A stretch of 64,000 nt of DNA from Chloroflexota bacterium. Its GTDB lineage: Bacteria > Chloroflexota > Limnocylindria > Limnocylindrales > CSP1-4. The position numbers were made by a program, and so were the translations under genes. The notes beneath the pieces are model-generated. The model made no database searches. It saw nothing but the letters and a program-made list of their open reading frames with translations, and had not been told where the DNA came from. Of this stretch, positions 18,143 to 27,332 are shown one piece after another (positions within the stretch are counted from its first letter, which is position 1; the number at the start of each line of letters is the position of its first letter). The DNA lies in NCBI GenBank assembly GCA_015478725.1, contig JADMIG010000006.1:19781-83780 (forward strand), given 5' to 3'.

Positions 18143-19852
18143 TCAGTGAGCCGGCGTGATCCTGAGGTAGTTGTCCCTCGTGAAGTTGAAGATGATGCCG
18201 CCCTTCACGTCCGTCCACCCCTGCCAGGTGTCCGTCCGGTAGGCCTGGAGCTTGTCCTGGTACCACATGACGATATACGCGGTGTCGCCGTAGTACAGCT
18301 GCTGCATCTGGTCGACGAGCTGCTTGCGGGCCAGCGGGTCCATCGTCGACGCCTGCTGGTCGTAGAGCGCGTCGTACTGCTTGTTGCAGTAGTAGACGTC
18401 GTTGTTGCCGCCGATCTGGCTGCACAGCGGGACACCGAGCATGTAGTCCGGATCCGGCACCCCCGAATCCCAGCCCCAGACGAAGATGTCCCAGTTCGGT
18501 GCGGCGGCGTTGTAGACGACATTGCTCAGGGTGTTCGAGTCGAGCGTCTGAAGGTCGAGCTTGATCCCGACCGCCTTCGCGGCATCGCGGAAGAGCTGCG
18601 CCGCCCGGACGTCGACGTCCGTGGTCGCGATCGCGATGAGTCGGAACTCGAGCAGCTTGCCGTTCGGTGCCTTGCGGATGCCCGAACTGTCGCGGGCCGT
18701 GTACCCGGCCTGATCGAGGATCTGGTTCGCCTTCGCGGGATCGGCGTTGAGCTGCTGAGCGGCCGGGATCGACAGGTGCCAGTCGCTCAGGCCGGCCGGG
18801 ATGATGGTGTCGCCCGGTTGCCCGTGGCCTGCCAGAGCGAGCTGGACGAGCTGATTCCGGTCGAGCGCGTAGCTGAGGGCCTGGCGGATGTTCCTGTCGC
18901 GGAGGAGCGGGTTGCCGAGCGACTTGGGGTCGCTCGATACGTTGAAGCCGATGTGGTGGAACGAGAACGACGGCAGGGATACCGTCTTGATGCTGCTGGC
19001 GCCCGCCAGTCCGTCGTAGATCGTCGGCGGGACCTGGGCGATGATGTCGATCTCCGCGTTCTTGAGGGCCTGGGCCATGACGTCGCCGTTGCCGTAGAGC
19101 ACCCAGGTGACCGTCGCCTCGCTCGGTGGCGGGCCCCAGAACGCCGGGTTCCGGCTAACCGTGATCGAGGCGCCCTTCTTCCACTCCGTGAACGTGAACG
19201 GCCCCGTGCCGATCGGCTTGTCGTTGCTGAATGCCTCGATCTGCTTGACCGTCATCGTCGACCAGATGTGCTTCGGGAGGATGGGGACGATGAGGGCCGG
19301 GTTGAAGGCCTGCGGCTTGTCGAAGGTGAGCACGACCGTCAGCGGATCCGGCGCCGCGACGGACTTCAGGTGGATGAGCCACTGCGCCCACTGGCCGAGC
19401 TGGTTGTCGTGGATCAGGTCATAGGTGTACTTGACATCGGCCGCGGTGAACGGCTGGCCGTCGTGCCAGGTCACCCCGGACCGAAGGTTGAGCGTCTCGG
19501 TCAGGCCGTCGGACGAATAGGAGTAGGCCGTCGCGAGGCCGGGTTCCGGCTTGAGGTTGAGGTCGTAGCTGAGGAGCGTGTCGTAGACGAGCTGGAGGAC
19601 CTCCTGGGCCTCTGTCGTGGTGAACGTCAGCGGGTTCATCGAGTCCGGCTCGGAGAGCCAGCCGACCCGCAGCGGCAGCGTCGAGGGTGTCGCCTGCGGG
19701 GTGGGCGCGGGCGATCCGACCGCTGCCGATGCGCTCCCGGCCGCGGGCGCGGCGCTGGTCTGCGATGAGGATTGCCCGGGAGTACTCGACCCGCAGGCCG
19801 CGACGATGAGGACGGTGACAAGCCCGAAGGCGATGCGAGTGGGTCCGCGCAT
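18143..19852 (-). CDS. ABC transporter substrate-binding lipoprotein, family 5 (OppA/DppA-like)
   Basis: The internal start MRGPTRIAFGLVTVLIVAAC carries a lipobox. The mature protein is about 540 aa and SBP_bac_5-like. A longer start at 19903 is possible. Confidence 0.85.
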   Translation of the reverse strand: MRGPTRIAFGLVTVLIVAACGSSTPGQSSSQTSAAPAAGSASAAVGSPAPTPQATPSTLPLRVGWLSEPDSMNPLTFTTTEAQEVLQLVYDTLLSYDLNLKPEPGLATAYSYSSDGLTETLNLRSGVTWHDGQPFTAADVKYTYDLIHDNQLGQWAQWLIHLKSVAAPDPLTVVLTFDKPQAFNPALIVPILPKHIWSTMTVKQIEAFSNDKPIGTGPFTFTEWKKGASITVSRNPAFWGPPPSEATVTWVLYGNGDVMAQALKNAEIDIIAQVPPTIYDGLAGASSIKTVSLPSFSFHHIGFNVSSDPKSLGNPLLRDRNIRQALSYALDRNQLVQLALAGHGQPGDTIIPAGLSDWHLSIPAAQQLNADPAKANQILDQAGYTARDSSGIRKAPNGKLLEFRLIAIATTDVDVRAAQLFRDAAKAVGIKLDLQTLDSNTLSNVVYNAAAPNWDIFVWGWDSGVPDPDYMLGVPLCSQIGGNNDVYYCNKQYDALYDQQASTMDPLARKQLVDQMQQLYYGDTAYIVMWYQDKLQAYRTDTWQGWTDVKGGIIFNFTRDNYLRITPAH

Positions 19853-19957
19853 GATCGAGTCTCCTCCTGCCGTGGGCCGGCGGTTCGCCGGAAGGTGCGT
19901 CATCGCGGGTGGGCGCCTGGTGTCGCTCCCGGCTCGACGCTGGACGATCGCCCCCGA

Positions 19958-21295
19958 TCAGCTTCCCAATGCGGGGCGGACGGCCGCGACGGCGCCTTCG
20001 AAGATGTCGAGCGTCTCCTCGATATCCGCGTCGGAGTGGACCGTCGAGACGAACCAGAGCTCGATGTTCGATGGATGGACGAGGACACCCCGGTCGATGA
20101 GGGCCCGGGCGAGCGCGGCGTACTTCGGCGAGTTGAGGTGCTCGGCTGCGTCGCGGTAGTCGACGATCGGCGTCTCGCTGAACCAGAACTGGAACATCGG
20201 GCCCACACCCTGCACGGAGACCGGCACGCCGGCCCGCTCGAAGATGCCGCGCATGCCGTCCATCAGCCGGTCGCCCCGCCGATGCAGGTCGTCGTGGACG
20301 CCCGGAGCGGCGAGCAGCTCGAGCGATGCGATCGTCGCGGACACGGCGACGGTGTTGGCGTTGTAGGTACCGGCGTGGAGGACCGCTCCGTCGGCGACCA
20401 GCTCCATGAGGTCGCGGCGGCCACCGAAGGCGGCGGCCGGGAATCCGCCCCCGAGCGCCTTCGCCATCGTCGTCAGGTCCGGGGTGACACCGTAGTACGC
20501 CTGAGCACCGCCGCGGGCGACCCGGAACCCGGTGATCACCTCGTCGAAGATGAGGACGATGTCATGGGCGCGGGTGATCTCGCGAAGGAACTCGAGGTAG
20601 CCGGGCTGGGGCGGGATGACGCCCGTGTTGCCCATGATCGGCTCGGTGAGGATCGCCGCGATCTCGTGCCCTCGCCGTTCCACAAGCTGCTCGACGGCAG
20701 ACTGGTCGTTCCACGGCAGGACGGCCAGGCTCGCCCCGATCTCCGGCGGGATGCCCGGCGTGCCCGGGATCGCCCGCGGCGAGTGGCGGAGTCCGGCCGC
20801 CGAGAGCGGCGGATGGTGGCTCCATTCGAGCTGGTCGGCCCAGCCGTGATACTGGCCCTCGAACCGCACGACCACGTTCTTGCCGGTCGCCGCGCGGGCG
20901 ATGCGGGTGGCGTGCAGGACGACCTCCGTGCCGGAATTCCCGAAGCGCACGAGCTCGACGGACGGGACGGCGTCGACGATCGCCGCCGCGGCCCTGGCTT
21001 CCATCTCGTACGGCAGGGCGAACATCGTGCCGACGCCCTGGATGGCCGCGGTCACGGCGCCGGTCATGCTCGGGTGGACATGACCGTGGATCATCGGCCC
21101 CAGAGCGAGCAGATAGTCCGTGTACCGATTGCCATCGACGTCCCAGAGGTGGCTGCCCTCACCTCGAGCGACGACCGGCGGGCACGGCAGCCAGCCTCCG
21201 ACCGGACCCCGGACGCCCGAGTTCACCCCGCCCGGGATGAACATCTGGGCTGCGTCGTACGCCGCCTCGGATCGCGAGATCTGGTGGATCGCCAT
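19958..21295 (-). CDS. class III (PLP) aminotransferase, glutamate-1-semialdehyde aminomutase-like paralog
   Basis: GGVNS motif and the PLP-lysine region. It is clearly paralogous to the bona fide hemL at 61329..62639. It sits at the head of the peptide transporter operon. Confidence 0.85.
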   Translation of the reverse strand: MAIHQISRSEAAYDAAQMFIPGGVNSGVRGPVGGWLPCPPVVARGEGSHLWDVDGNRYTDYLLALGPMIHGHVHPSMTGAVTAAIQGVGTMFALPYEMEARAAAAIVDAVPSVELVRFGNSGTEVVLHATRIARAATGKNVVVRFEGQYHGWADQLEWSHHPPLSAAGLRHSPRAIPGTPGIPPEIGASLAVLPWNDQSAVEQLVERRGHEIAAILTEPIMGNTGVIPPQPGYLEFLREITRAHDIVLIFDEVITGFRVARGGAQAYYGVTPDLTTMAKALGGGFPAAAFGGRRDLMELVADGAVLHAGTYNANTVAVSATIASLELLAAPGVHDDLHRRGDRLMDGMRGIFERAGVPVSVQGVGPMFQFWFSETPIVDYRDAAEHLNSPKYAALARALIDRGVLVHPSNIELWFVSTVHSDADIEETLDIFEGAVAAVRPALGS

Positions 21296-21492
21296 CTGGT
21301 GCGGCTCCTGCTGCGGCAGCGCCCGTCACGATGACATCCAGTTCCGTGCAGGCTGAACGGAAATGTAGATGGCGGCCGCCGGTTCGTCAAGGCCGGTTCG
21401 GCCGACAGGCCGGATCGTCCGACGCGCTCGGCCGCGACCGACGCGCCGCTCGGCCGCGACGGCCGCGGGCGGGGCGATAGACTCGCCCGGAC

Positions 21493-22857
21493 ATGGAGGA
21501 GGATCGCGTGACCCGGATCGAAGCGCTCGTTGACGAGGGACTCGGCAACTCGTCGTACCTGATCGACATCGGCGACCGGCGCGCGCTCATCGTCGACCCC
21601 GCCCGCGACATCGCCCCCTACCTCGCGATCGCCCGATCGTCGGGACTCCGGATCTCCCATGCCGTCGAGACCCATCTCCACGCGGACTTCGTCTCTGGAA
21701 GCCGCGAGCTGGCCGCGATCGGGGCGACGATCGTCGCGCCGCGCGAGGCGGACCTGGCCTTTCCGGCCACCGGTCTCGACGACGGCGAGACGCTCGATCT
21801 CGGCGGCCTCCGGCTCGAGGCGATCGGCACGCCGGGCCACACGCCGGAGCATCTCGGGTATCTCCTTCACGACGGGGATCGGCCGGTCGCGCTCTTCTCG
21901 GGCGGTGCACTCCTGCCGGGTGCCGTCGCGCGGACGGATCTCATCTCCCCGGCTCGCACCGAACCGCTCGCCAGGTCGCTGTACCGCGCTCTCCACGAGC
22001 GGATCCTCAGCCTGCCGGACGACCTGCCGGTGTATCCGACGCACGGCAGCGGGTCGTTCTGTTCGACGACGGCGGCCGGCGAGCGGACGACGACGATCGG
22101 CCGCGAGCGAGCCTCCAACCCGCTCCTCGCGGCGTCGGACGAGGACACTTTCGTCGCACTCCTCCTGGAGTCCTTCGGCAGCTATCCGACGTACTTCCGG
22201 CGCCTCCGCGAGGTGAACCGTCGCGGGCCGCGAGTCTACGGGCAGCTTCCGAGCCTCGATGCCCTCGACGTCGGCGGGATCGACCGGGCGCTCGCGGCAG
22301 GCGCCGAGCTGGTCGACGCCCGACCGATCACGGCGTTCGCCGCCGGCCATGTCCCGGCCTCACTCTCGATCGCGCTCCGGCCGGAGTTCGCCTCCTGGCT
22401 CGGCTGGCTCGTTCCCGCCGACCGGGCGCTCGTCTTCATCCTCGGGCCGGGCGACGACCGCCGCGAGCTCGTCCGGCAGGCCCTCGGCATCGGCCACGAG
22501 CGGCTCCTCGGCGAGCTCGCCGGCGGAATCGACGCCTGGCGCGACGCCGGGCGTCCGCTCGCCGCGACGGAGATCCTCCGCTCGCTCGATCCTGCCACCG
22601 TGCCCGTGATCGACGTCCGTCAGGCGGCCGAGTTCGCGACCGGCCACGTCCCCGGCGCCACCCCGATCGAGCTCGGCGACCTCGTCGGCCCGTCGCTCGA
22701 GGCGGTCCCCCCGAGCGCGGCGTTCATCTGCGGCCACGGCGAGCGGGCGATGAGTGCGGCGAGCCTGGCCGAGCGCTCCGGTCGCAACGCCGCGGTCTTC
22801 CTCGGTGGGCCAGAGCGCTGGGCGCGCCGGACGAGCCTGCCGCTCGCCCGCGGCTGA
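21493..22857 (+). CDS. MBL-fold metallo-hydrolase (persulfide dioxygenase-like) fused to tandem rhodanese domains
   Basis: HLHADFVSG (HxHxDH variant), the downstream His/Asp ligand pattern, and two rhodanese-like modules (second with active-site CGHGER). A GTG alternative start at about 21508 follows a GGAGGAGG Shine-Dalgarno sequence. Confidence 0.8.
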   Translation: MEEDRVTRIEALVDEGLGNSSYLIDIGDRRALIVDPARDIAPYLAIARSSGLRISHAVETHLHADFVSGSRELAAIGATIVAPREADLAFPATGLDDGETLDLGGLRLEAIGTPGHTPEHLGYLLHDGDRPVALFSGGALLPGAVARTDLISPARTEPLARSLYRALHERILSLPDDLPVYPTHGSGSFCSTTAAGERTTTIGRERASNPLLAASDEDTFVALLLESFGSYPTYFRRLREVNRRGPRVYGQLPSLDALDVGGIDRALAAGAELVDARPITAFAAGHVPASLSIALRPEFASWLGWLVPADRALVFILGPGDDRRELVRQALGIGHERLLGELAGGIDAWRDAGRPLAATEILRSLDPATVPVIDVRQAAEFATGHVPGATPIELGDLVGPSLEAVPPSAAFICGHGERAMSAASLAERSGRNAAVFLGGPERWARRTSLPLARG

Positions 22858-24206
22858 TGGTCGACCCGTCGCGAACGACACCCCTCACCCTGGGCCTCCG
22901 GGCGAATATCGGGCAGTTCTCCCTCCTCGTCGGGGTGAATGCCTTGGTGGGTGGGATGGTGGGCCAGGAACGGACCGTCCTGCCGCTGCTCGCCCGCGAT
23001 GTGTTCGGCCTCGACGCGCTCAGCGCGGTCCTCACGTACATCCTCGCCTTCGGGATCACGAAGGCGATCGCGAATCTCGCGGCCGGCGCGCTCGCCGATC
23101 GGTACGGCCGCAAGCCTGTCCTCGTCGCCGGCTGGCTCGTGGGCCTGCCCGTCCCGGTCATGCTCATCCTCGCCCCCTCGTGGAGCTGGATCGTGGCCGC
23201 AAACGTGCTGCTCGGCCTCAACCAGGGCCTCACGTGGTCGACGACGGTCATCATGAAGATCGACCTCGTCGGCCCCGCGCGGCGAGGTCTGGCGATGGGG
23301 CTCAACGAGGCGGCGGGCTACGGCGCGCTCGCGGTGACGGCCCTCCTCACCGGGCTCATCGCCGCCCAGGCGGGACTGCGGCCGGCGCCGTTCTTCCTCG
23401 GTCTCGCCTACGCCGGGCTCGGCCTGGGCGTGTCCGCGCTGTTCGTCCGAGAGACGCGCGGGCACGTCGCGCTCGAGGGCGCGGGGAGTGGGCGATCCGA
23501 CGCGATCGGACCGCGGGCCCCCGCCACCCCCTGGCGGTCCGTCTTCTGGCGGACGACCATCGGGAACCGGTCGCTCTCGGCGGCCTCGCAGGCGGGTCTC
23601 GTGAACAACCTCAACGACGGCCTCGCCTGGGGACTCCTGCCGCTCTACTACGCGGCGGCTGGACGGTCGATCGCCGAGATCGGCGTCCTGTCCGCCGCCT
23701 ACCCGGCGGTCTGGAGCGTCGGCCAGATCGTCACCGGCGCGCTGTCGGACCGGACCGGGCGGAAGCCCCTCATCGTGGGGGGCATGCTCGTCCAGGGCGC
23801 AGCCCTCGCGGCGATCGCGGCCACCACGTCGTTCGGGCCTTCGCTCGCCGCGGCCGCGGCCCTCGGTGTCGGTACGGCGATGGTGTATCCGACGCTGCTC
23901 GCGGCCGTCGCCGACGTCGCGGAGCCGGCGTGGCGGGGCTCGGCCGTGGGCGTCTATCGGCTCTGGCGGGACCTCGGCTTCGCCGTGGGGGCCATCGTCG
24001 CGGGAGCGATCGCCGACGCGGCAGGGATCTCGAGCGCCATCTGGGCCGTCGCCGCGCTCACCGCGCTGTCAGGCCTCGTCGTCCTCGTCCGGATGGATGA
24101 GACGCACGCTCGGCGTCAGGGCGCGGGCTCGACCGGGAGTCCGGCCGCGGCCCAGGCCTCGAAGCCGCCGATCACGTCGGTCGCCCGCGAGAACCCGAGG
24201 TCCTGA
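22857..24206 (+). CDS. MFS transporter
   Basis: 449 aa, 12 TM, motif A-like GALADRYGRK. Its start overlaps the upstream stop (TGATG). Confidence 0.85.
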   Translation: MVDPSRTTPLTLGLRANIGQFSLLVGVNALVGGMVGQERTVLPLLARDVFGLDALSAVLTYILAFGITKAIANLAAGALADRYGRKPVLVAGWLVGLPVPVMLILAPSWSWIVAANVLLGLNQGLTWSTTVIMKIDLVGPARRGLAMGLNEAAGYGALAVTALLTGLIAAQAGLRPAPFFLGLAYAGLGLGVSALFVRETRGHVALEGAGSGRSDAIGPRAPATPWRSVFWRTTIGNRSLSAASQAGLVNNLNDGLAWGLLPLYYAAAGRSIAEIGVLSAAYPAVWSVGQIVTGALSDRTGRKPLIVGGMLVQGAALAAIAATTSFGPSLAAAAALGVGTAMVYPTLLAAVADVAEPAWRGSAVGVYRLWRDLGFAVGAIVAGAIADAAGISSAIWAVAALTALSGLVVLVRMDETHARRQGAGSTGSPAAAQASKPPITSVARENPRS

Positions 24207-24652
24207 AGCGTCGCTGCCGCGATGCTCGAGCTGTACCCGTGTGCGCAGAAGAGGACGACCTGACGCTCCGGCGTCGCGAGGTCCATGTTCGCATGGCCGG
24301 AGCTCGGATCGAGTCGCCAGTAGAGGACCGAGAGCGGCACGTGGATCGATCCCGGGACGACGCCGAACTCTCGGCGCAGCTCGGCGCAGCGCGTGTCGAT
24401 GAGGAGCGCACCGTCGTCCACCACGGCGCGCTGTGCATCGGCCGGCTCGAGCCGGGCGAGACGGGCTCGGGCGTTCTCGAGGAGATCGCCGACCGTCCGT
24501 CGGGCCGGCGCGGATGGTGTTCGTGCCGATGCAGATCGCCTTGGTACCGAAGCGGCAGGTACGGCGCGCGATGGCGCCGTTCGTGCTTGCGGTGATCGGG
24601 TCTGTCGCGGTGATCGGGTCGTCACGCGTCGCGTTCCATGGCTGGGCGGCAT
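24116..24652 (-). CDS. single-domain rhodanese (sulfurtransferase), N-terminus uncertain
   Basis: The C-terminal 125 aa carry the rhodanese active-site loop FCAHGYSS and GGFEAW. The N-terminal 50 aa of the ORF are low-complexity Arg/Ser/Pro and may not be translated. It overlaps MFS convergently by about 90 bp. Confidence 0.65.
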   Translation of the reverse strand: MPPSHGTRRVTTRSPRQTRSPQARTAPSRAVPAASVPRRSASARTPSAPARRTVGDLLENARARLARLEPADAQRAVVDDGALLIDTRCAELRREFGVVPGSIHVPLSVLYWRLDPSSGHANMDLATPERQVVLFCAHGYSSSIAAATLQDLGFSRATDVIGGFEAWAAAGLPVEPAP

Positions 24653-24956
24653 GCCTCGGGTTCGGGAGGACGTTCCCCGTTTCTCGGGTCGCGCCGATTG
24701 TCGGCCCGCTCGTCAAGTCCCGCGGGCGGGGGGCGCGGGGCGGGCGGGGCCGGGCCCAGATCGGTGCATCGGTGGACCGTTCGCGAATGAAGCATCGTGG
24801 GCCGCGCGGGGCGGGCGGGCCAAGATCAGTGGAGGACCAAGATCAGTGGAGGACAACGATGCCCGACGCAGCGCCATATTCACGCCGGTGCTCGCCTCCG
24901 CGGACGTCGCCATCGCGATCGGGCGGGTGCCGGATGGGCGATCGAGGCCGTTCTGA

Positions 24957-25460
24957 TCACGGTTCGGCTGGGCGATCCGCGAACGGCGCCATCCGGCCGA
25001 CCGCGACGAGGAGGCCGTGGATGAGCGCCTCCGGCCGGGGCGGGCAGCCGGGCACGAGCACGTCGACCGGAAGGACGTCGCCGATGCCGTCGCGGCCCGC
25101 GTAGCTGCCGGCGAAGACACCACCGCTGATCGCACACGCCCCAACGGCCACGACGAGTCGGGGCGCCGGCATCGCCTCGTACGTCCGCAGGGCGGCTTCC
25201 TCCAGGTTCCTCGTCATGATTCCGGTGACGAGCAGCAAGTCCGCGTGGCGAGGCGAGGCGACGAAGTCGATGCCGAGGCGCTGGACGTCGTGATACGGGT
25301 TGAGCAGCGCGGCGATCTCCCAGTCGCAGCCGTTGCAGGAGCCGGTGTCGAGGTGGCGGACATGGAGCGAACGACCGAGCGTCCGCTCGATCGTCCGGCG
25401 GAGCCGCCGCGCTGCGACCAGCTCGTCCTGCGGAATGGCGTCGGCCGAAAAGCCCGTCAC
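24957..25460 (-). CDS. hycG: Group 4 [NiFe]-hydrogenase small subunit (HycG/NuoB family)
   Basis: GSCNGC, then VAVGACAISGG and PGCPP cysteine motifs of the NuoB/HycG 4Fe-4S subunit. 167 aa. Confidence 0.85.
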   Translation of the reverse strand: MTGFSADAIPQDELVAARRLRRTIERTLGRSLHVRHLDTGSCNGCDWEIAALLNPYHDVQRLGIDFVASPRHADLLLVTGIMTRNLEEAALRTYEAMPAPRLVVAVGACAISGGVFAGSYAGRDGIGDVLPVDVLVPGCPPRPEALIHGLLVAVGRMAPFADRPAEP

Positions 25461-25802
25461 CGCCCTGCTCTCCAGTCGCGCCGGATCGTGAGATCCGCCC
25501 GGTCACGGACGGCGAGCTCGATCAGTGGCCCGAGCCGGATCGCGCCGCGGGGGCAGGCCCGGGCACAGGCGCCGCAGACGATGCAGGCACCGGCATCGAG
25601 CGACCAGGCCGAACCATCGAGGCGGATGGCCCCGGTCGGGCAGGCGCTCACACACGAGGCCGAACCATCGCAGCGGACCGCGTCGAGCCTAGGCAAGCCT
25701 CGAGCCGCCGACGGAAGCTCGGGGGGATCATCGGGATAGCCGCTCGTGACCGGCCGCTGGCGAAGTGGACGAAGGAGGCGATCGAAGACGTCGAGGGGCA
25801 CG
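25457..25802 (-). CDS. hycF: 2x[4Fe-4S] ferredoxin subunit (HycF/NuoI-like)
   Basis: Two CxxCxxCxxxCP motifs (CDGSASCVSACP, CIVCGACARACP) and TSGYP. The proposed GTG start lies 1 nt after the large-subunit stop, and the gene's stop overlaps the hycG start. The ORF-track N-terminal extension is the shadow of hycE. Confidence 0.7.
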
Positions 25803-27332
25803 TCAGCGATCCGTGCAGGCGTAGCAGAGCTCGAAGCTCTTGTTGATGAGCGGAAAGTCGGGCACGAGGTTACCGGGGGCAGCGGCCGCGACCAGCGGCC
25901 AGTTCGCGAACGAGGCCGACCGCAGGTGCAGCCGGTCGACGGTCCCGCCGGAGCCCGCTCGAAGCCAGACCCACGACGTGCCCCGTGGGCCCTCGGCCCC
26001 GCCGATGGCGGTGTCGCCGAGCGCCGGCATCCGGACGGGCGGCTCCGCGATCGGCCCGCCGGGCAAGCGGCGGATGGCCTGGCGCACGAGCCCGAGCGAA
26101 TCGTGAGCCTCCTGGGCACGAACGTGGAACCGGGCGGCCACATCTCCCCCCGCAGCGGTGACCAGCCCGACCTCGACCTCGCCATACGCTGCGTACGGCC
26201 GATCGCGTCGCAGATCAGGCGCGAGCCCGCTGGCGCGGGCCGTGGGCCCGAGCGCCCCGAGGGCAGCGGCCGTGTCGCGGCCCACGACGCCTGTGCCATG
26301 GAAGCGGGCCATGACCCCCTCCGAGCGGACGATTGCGCGGACGGCTGCGGCGAGTTCCGTGCCGATCTCATCGAGGGCGTCCGGCAGCGCGGCGAGGCCG
26401 CCCGGATCGAGGTCCGTGCAGAGGCCCCCAGGGGCCACGATCCCGGTGAGATAGCGATGACCGGTGAGCGCATCGTTTCGCCGCAGGAGACGTTCCTTGA
26501 GCCAGCCGAGTCGCGCGACCGCCGACTGGAACCCGATTCCGGCGCAGATGTTCCCGAGATCGCCGACGTGGTTGTAGAGGCGTTCGAGTTCCGCGAGCAG
26601 GACCCGCGCCCAGCGGGCCCGTGGCGGGATCTCCGTTCCTGTCAGGTGCTCGACTGCCTGCGAGTAGGCCAGCGCGTGCGTGACCGTGCAGACGCCGCAG
26701 GCCCGCTCGACGATCGGGAGCGCCGCCCCGAACGAGCGACACTCGACGAGCTTTTCGAGGCCCCGATGGACGAAGAACAGCCGGGCGTCCAGGTGCAGGA
26801 CACGCTCGCCGATCGCCGAGAACCGGAAGTGTCCGGGCTCGATGACGCCGGCGTGGATGGGTCCGACCGGGAGCTGGTAGACACCCTCGCCGTGGACTTC
26901 GAACGGCACGAAACGACGCTCGGCGACAGGCGGCCGAGCGTCGGCCGGGACATCCTTGCGGAGCGGGTGGTAGCCGCGCGGCCAGCGCTCGTGAAGGACG
27001 AGCCGGCGCGGGTCCGGGTGGCCGAGCGGAACGATCCCGAAGAGGTCTTTCGCCTCGCGCTCGTCCCAGTGGGCGGCTGGAACGAGTGGGCTGATGGACG
27101 GGTAGGCGGGCTCGTCGTGCGGCAGCGCGGCACGCAGCCTGGCGAGTTCACCGTCCGGGCGAGCGACCACCGCCTCGATTGCCAGGCTGTCACCGCCGAC
27201 CGACCGCTCATCGAGCCCGACGAGCATGACGAACCGGCCGCCCACGTCGACGAGAGACCTGACGCGTTTCCCGAGGTCGTCGGGCGCGACCCACTCGAAG
27301 GTCGCGCTCGTCATCGGGAGAGGCTCAGCCAC
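25803..27332 (-). CDS. hycE: [NiFe]-hydrogenase large subunit, fused NuoC-NuoD type (HycE-like)
   Basis: N-terminal NuoC-like 150 aa (WDEREAKDLFGI). The L1 Ni-binding motif RACGVCTVTH is present. The C-terminal L2-like motif is ELCYACTDR (CxxCxxR). 509 aa. Confidence 0.85.
   Translation of the reverse strand: MAEPLPMTSATFEWVAPDDLGKRVRSLVDVGGRFVMLVGLDERSVGGDSLAIEAVVARPDGELARLRAALPHDEPAYPSISPLVPAAHWDEREAKDLFGIVPLGHPDPRRLVLHERWPRGYHPLRKDVPADARPPVAERRFVPFEVHGEGVYQLPVGPIHAGVIEPGHFRFSAIGERVLHLDARLFFVHRGLEKLVECRSFGAALPIVERACGVCTVTHALAYSQAVEHLTGTEIPPRARWARVLLAELERLYNHVGDLGNICAGIGFQSAVARLGWLKERLLRRNDALTGHRYLTGIVAPGGLCTDLDPGGLAALPDALDEIGTELAAAVRAIVRSEGVMARFHGTGVVGRDTAAALGALGPTARASGLAPDLRRDRPYAAYGEVEVGLVTAAGGDVAARFHVRAQEAHDSLGLVRQAIRRLPGGPIAEPPVRMPALGDTAIGGAEGPRGTSWVWLRAGSGGTVDRLHLRSASFANWPLVAAAAPGNLVPDFPLINKSFELCYACTDR

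Noticed and set aside
22620-24100. Long Arg-rich ORFs (22620..23465 -, 22754..24100 +) over the MFS gene
   Set aside because: Shadow ORFs. The 12-TM MFS frame is coherent.
25803-26473. 5' extension of ORF 25457..26473 beyond the ferredoxin domain
   Set aside because: It overlaps the hydrogenase large subunit in another frame. Only the C-terminal 2x[4Fe-4S] part (25457..25802, GTG start) is credible.
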